This document shows, piece by piece, positions 64,000 to 64,000 of a stretch of DNA of 64,000 nt (position 1 is its first letter; each line of letters begins with the position of its first letter). The notes under the pieces are model-generated. The model worked only from the letters and a program-made list of their open reading frames with translations, searched no databases and was not told where the DNA came from. This DNA comes from Gammaproteobacteria bacterium (GTDB taxonomy: Bacteria > Pseudomonadota > Gammaproteobacteria > Eutrophobiales > Eutrophobiaceae). The DNA is taken from assembly GCA_965243205.1 (NCBI GenBank), contig CBDEUK010000002.1, forward strand, positions 2,112,001 through 2,176,000, in the 5' to 3' direction. The position numbers and the translations under genes were made by a program.

Positions 64000-64000
64000 C

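Overview
Core chromosomal segment of an AT-rich gammaproteobacterium. I found no rRNA, tRNA, CRISPR array, IS, integrase or prophage. Order: argJ 3' end and a Nudix/ThiE fusion; the pilB-pilC-pilD-coaE-zapD-yacG operon; clpB, gdhA, pgeF, rluD, bamD and nadE; a split pilS / pilA / pilR locus; glyQS-plsC. An accessory-looking 22.9-45.8 kb stretch follows: His-less Hpt-like gene pair, sigma54 two-component system driving an OFA-family transporter, cytochrome c plus PQQ-type dehydrogenase, Gld-like ABC system, matrixin/TSP3 surface protease pair, M20 peptidase, small lipoprotein plus cupredoxin lipoprotein, ppk2, and a GMC oxidoreductase pair. The window ends with mnmG-rsmG-parAB-atpIBEFHAGDC-glmU, nitrilase, rraA, a PqiA-like gene, DUF485-actP and the 3' part of hemL. 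The best candidate for an undescribed system is a 55-aa lipoprotein missed by the ORF track (40972-41139). It shares the 16-residue motif HxVVxQxxIYKNWPYQ with the tether of the adjacent lipid-anchored type-1 copper protein. Other notable signals are a structured GGA-rich pilA leader, a probable ATT start codon for the cytochrome c, and a candidate anti-SD-bearing sRNA behind the OFA transporter. All calls come from reading the sequence and motif recognition; no database searches were run.
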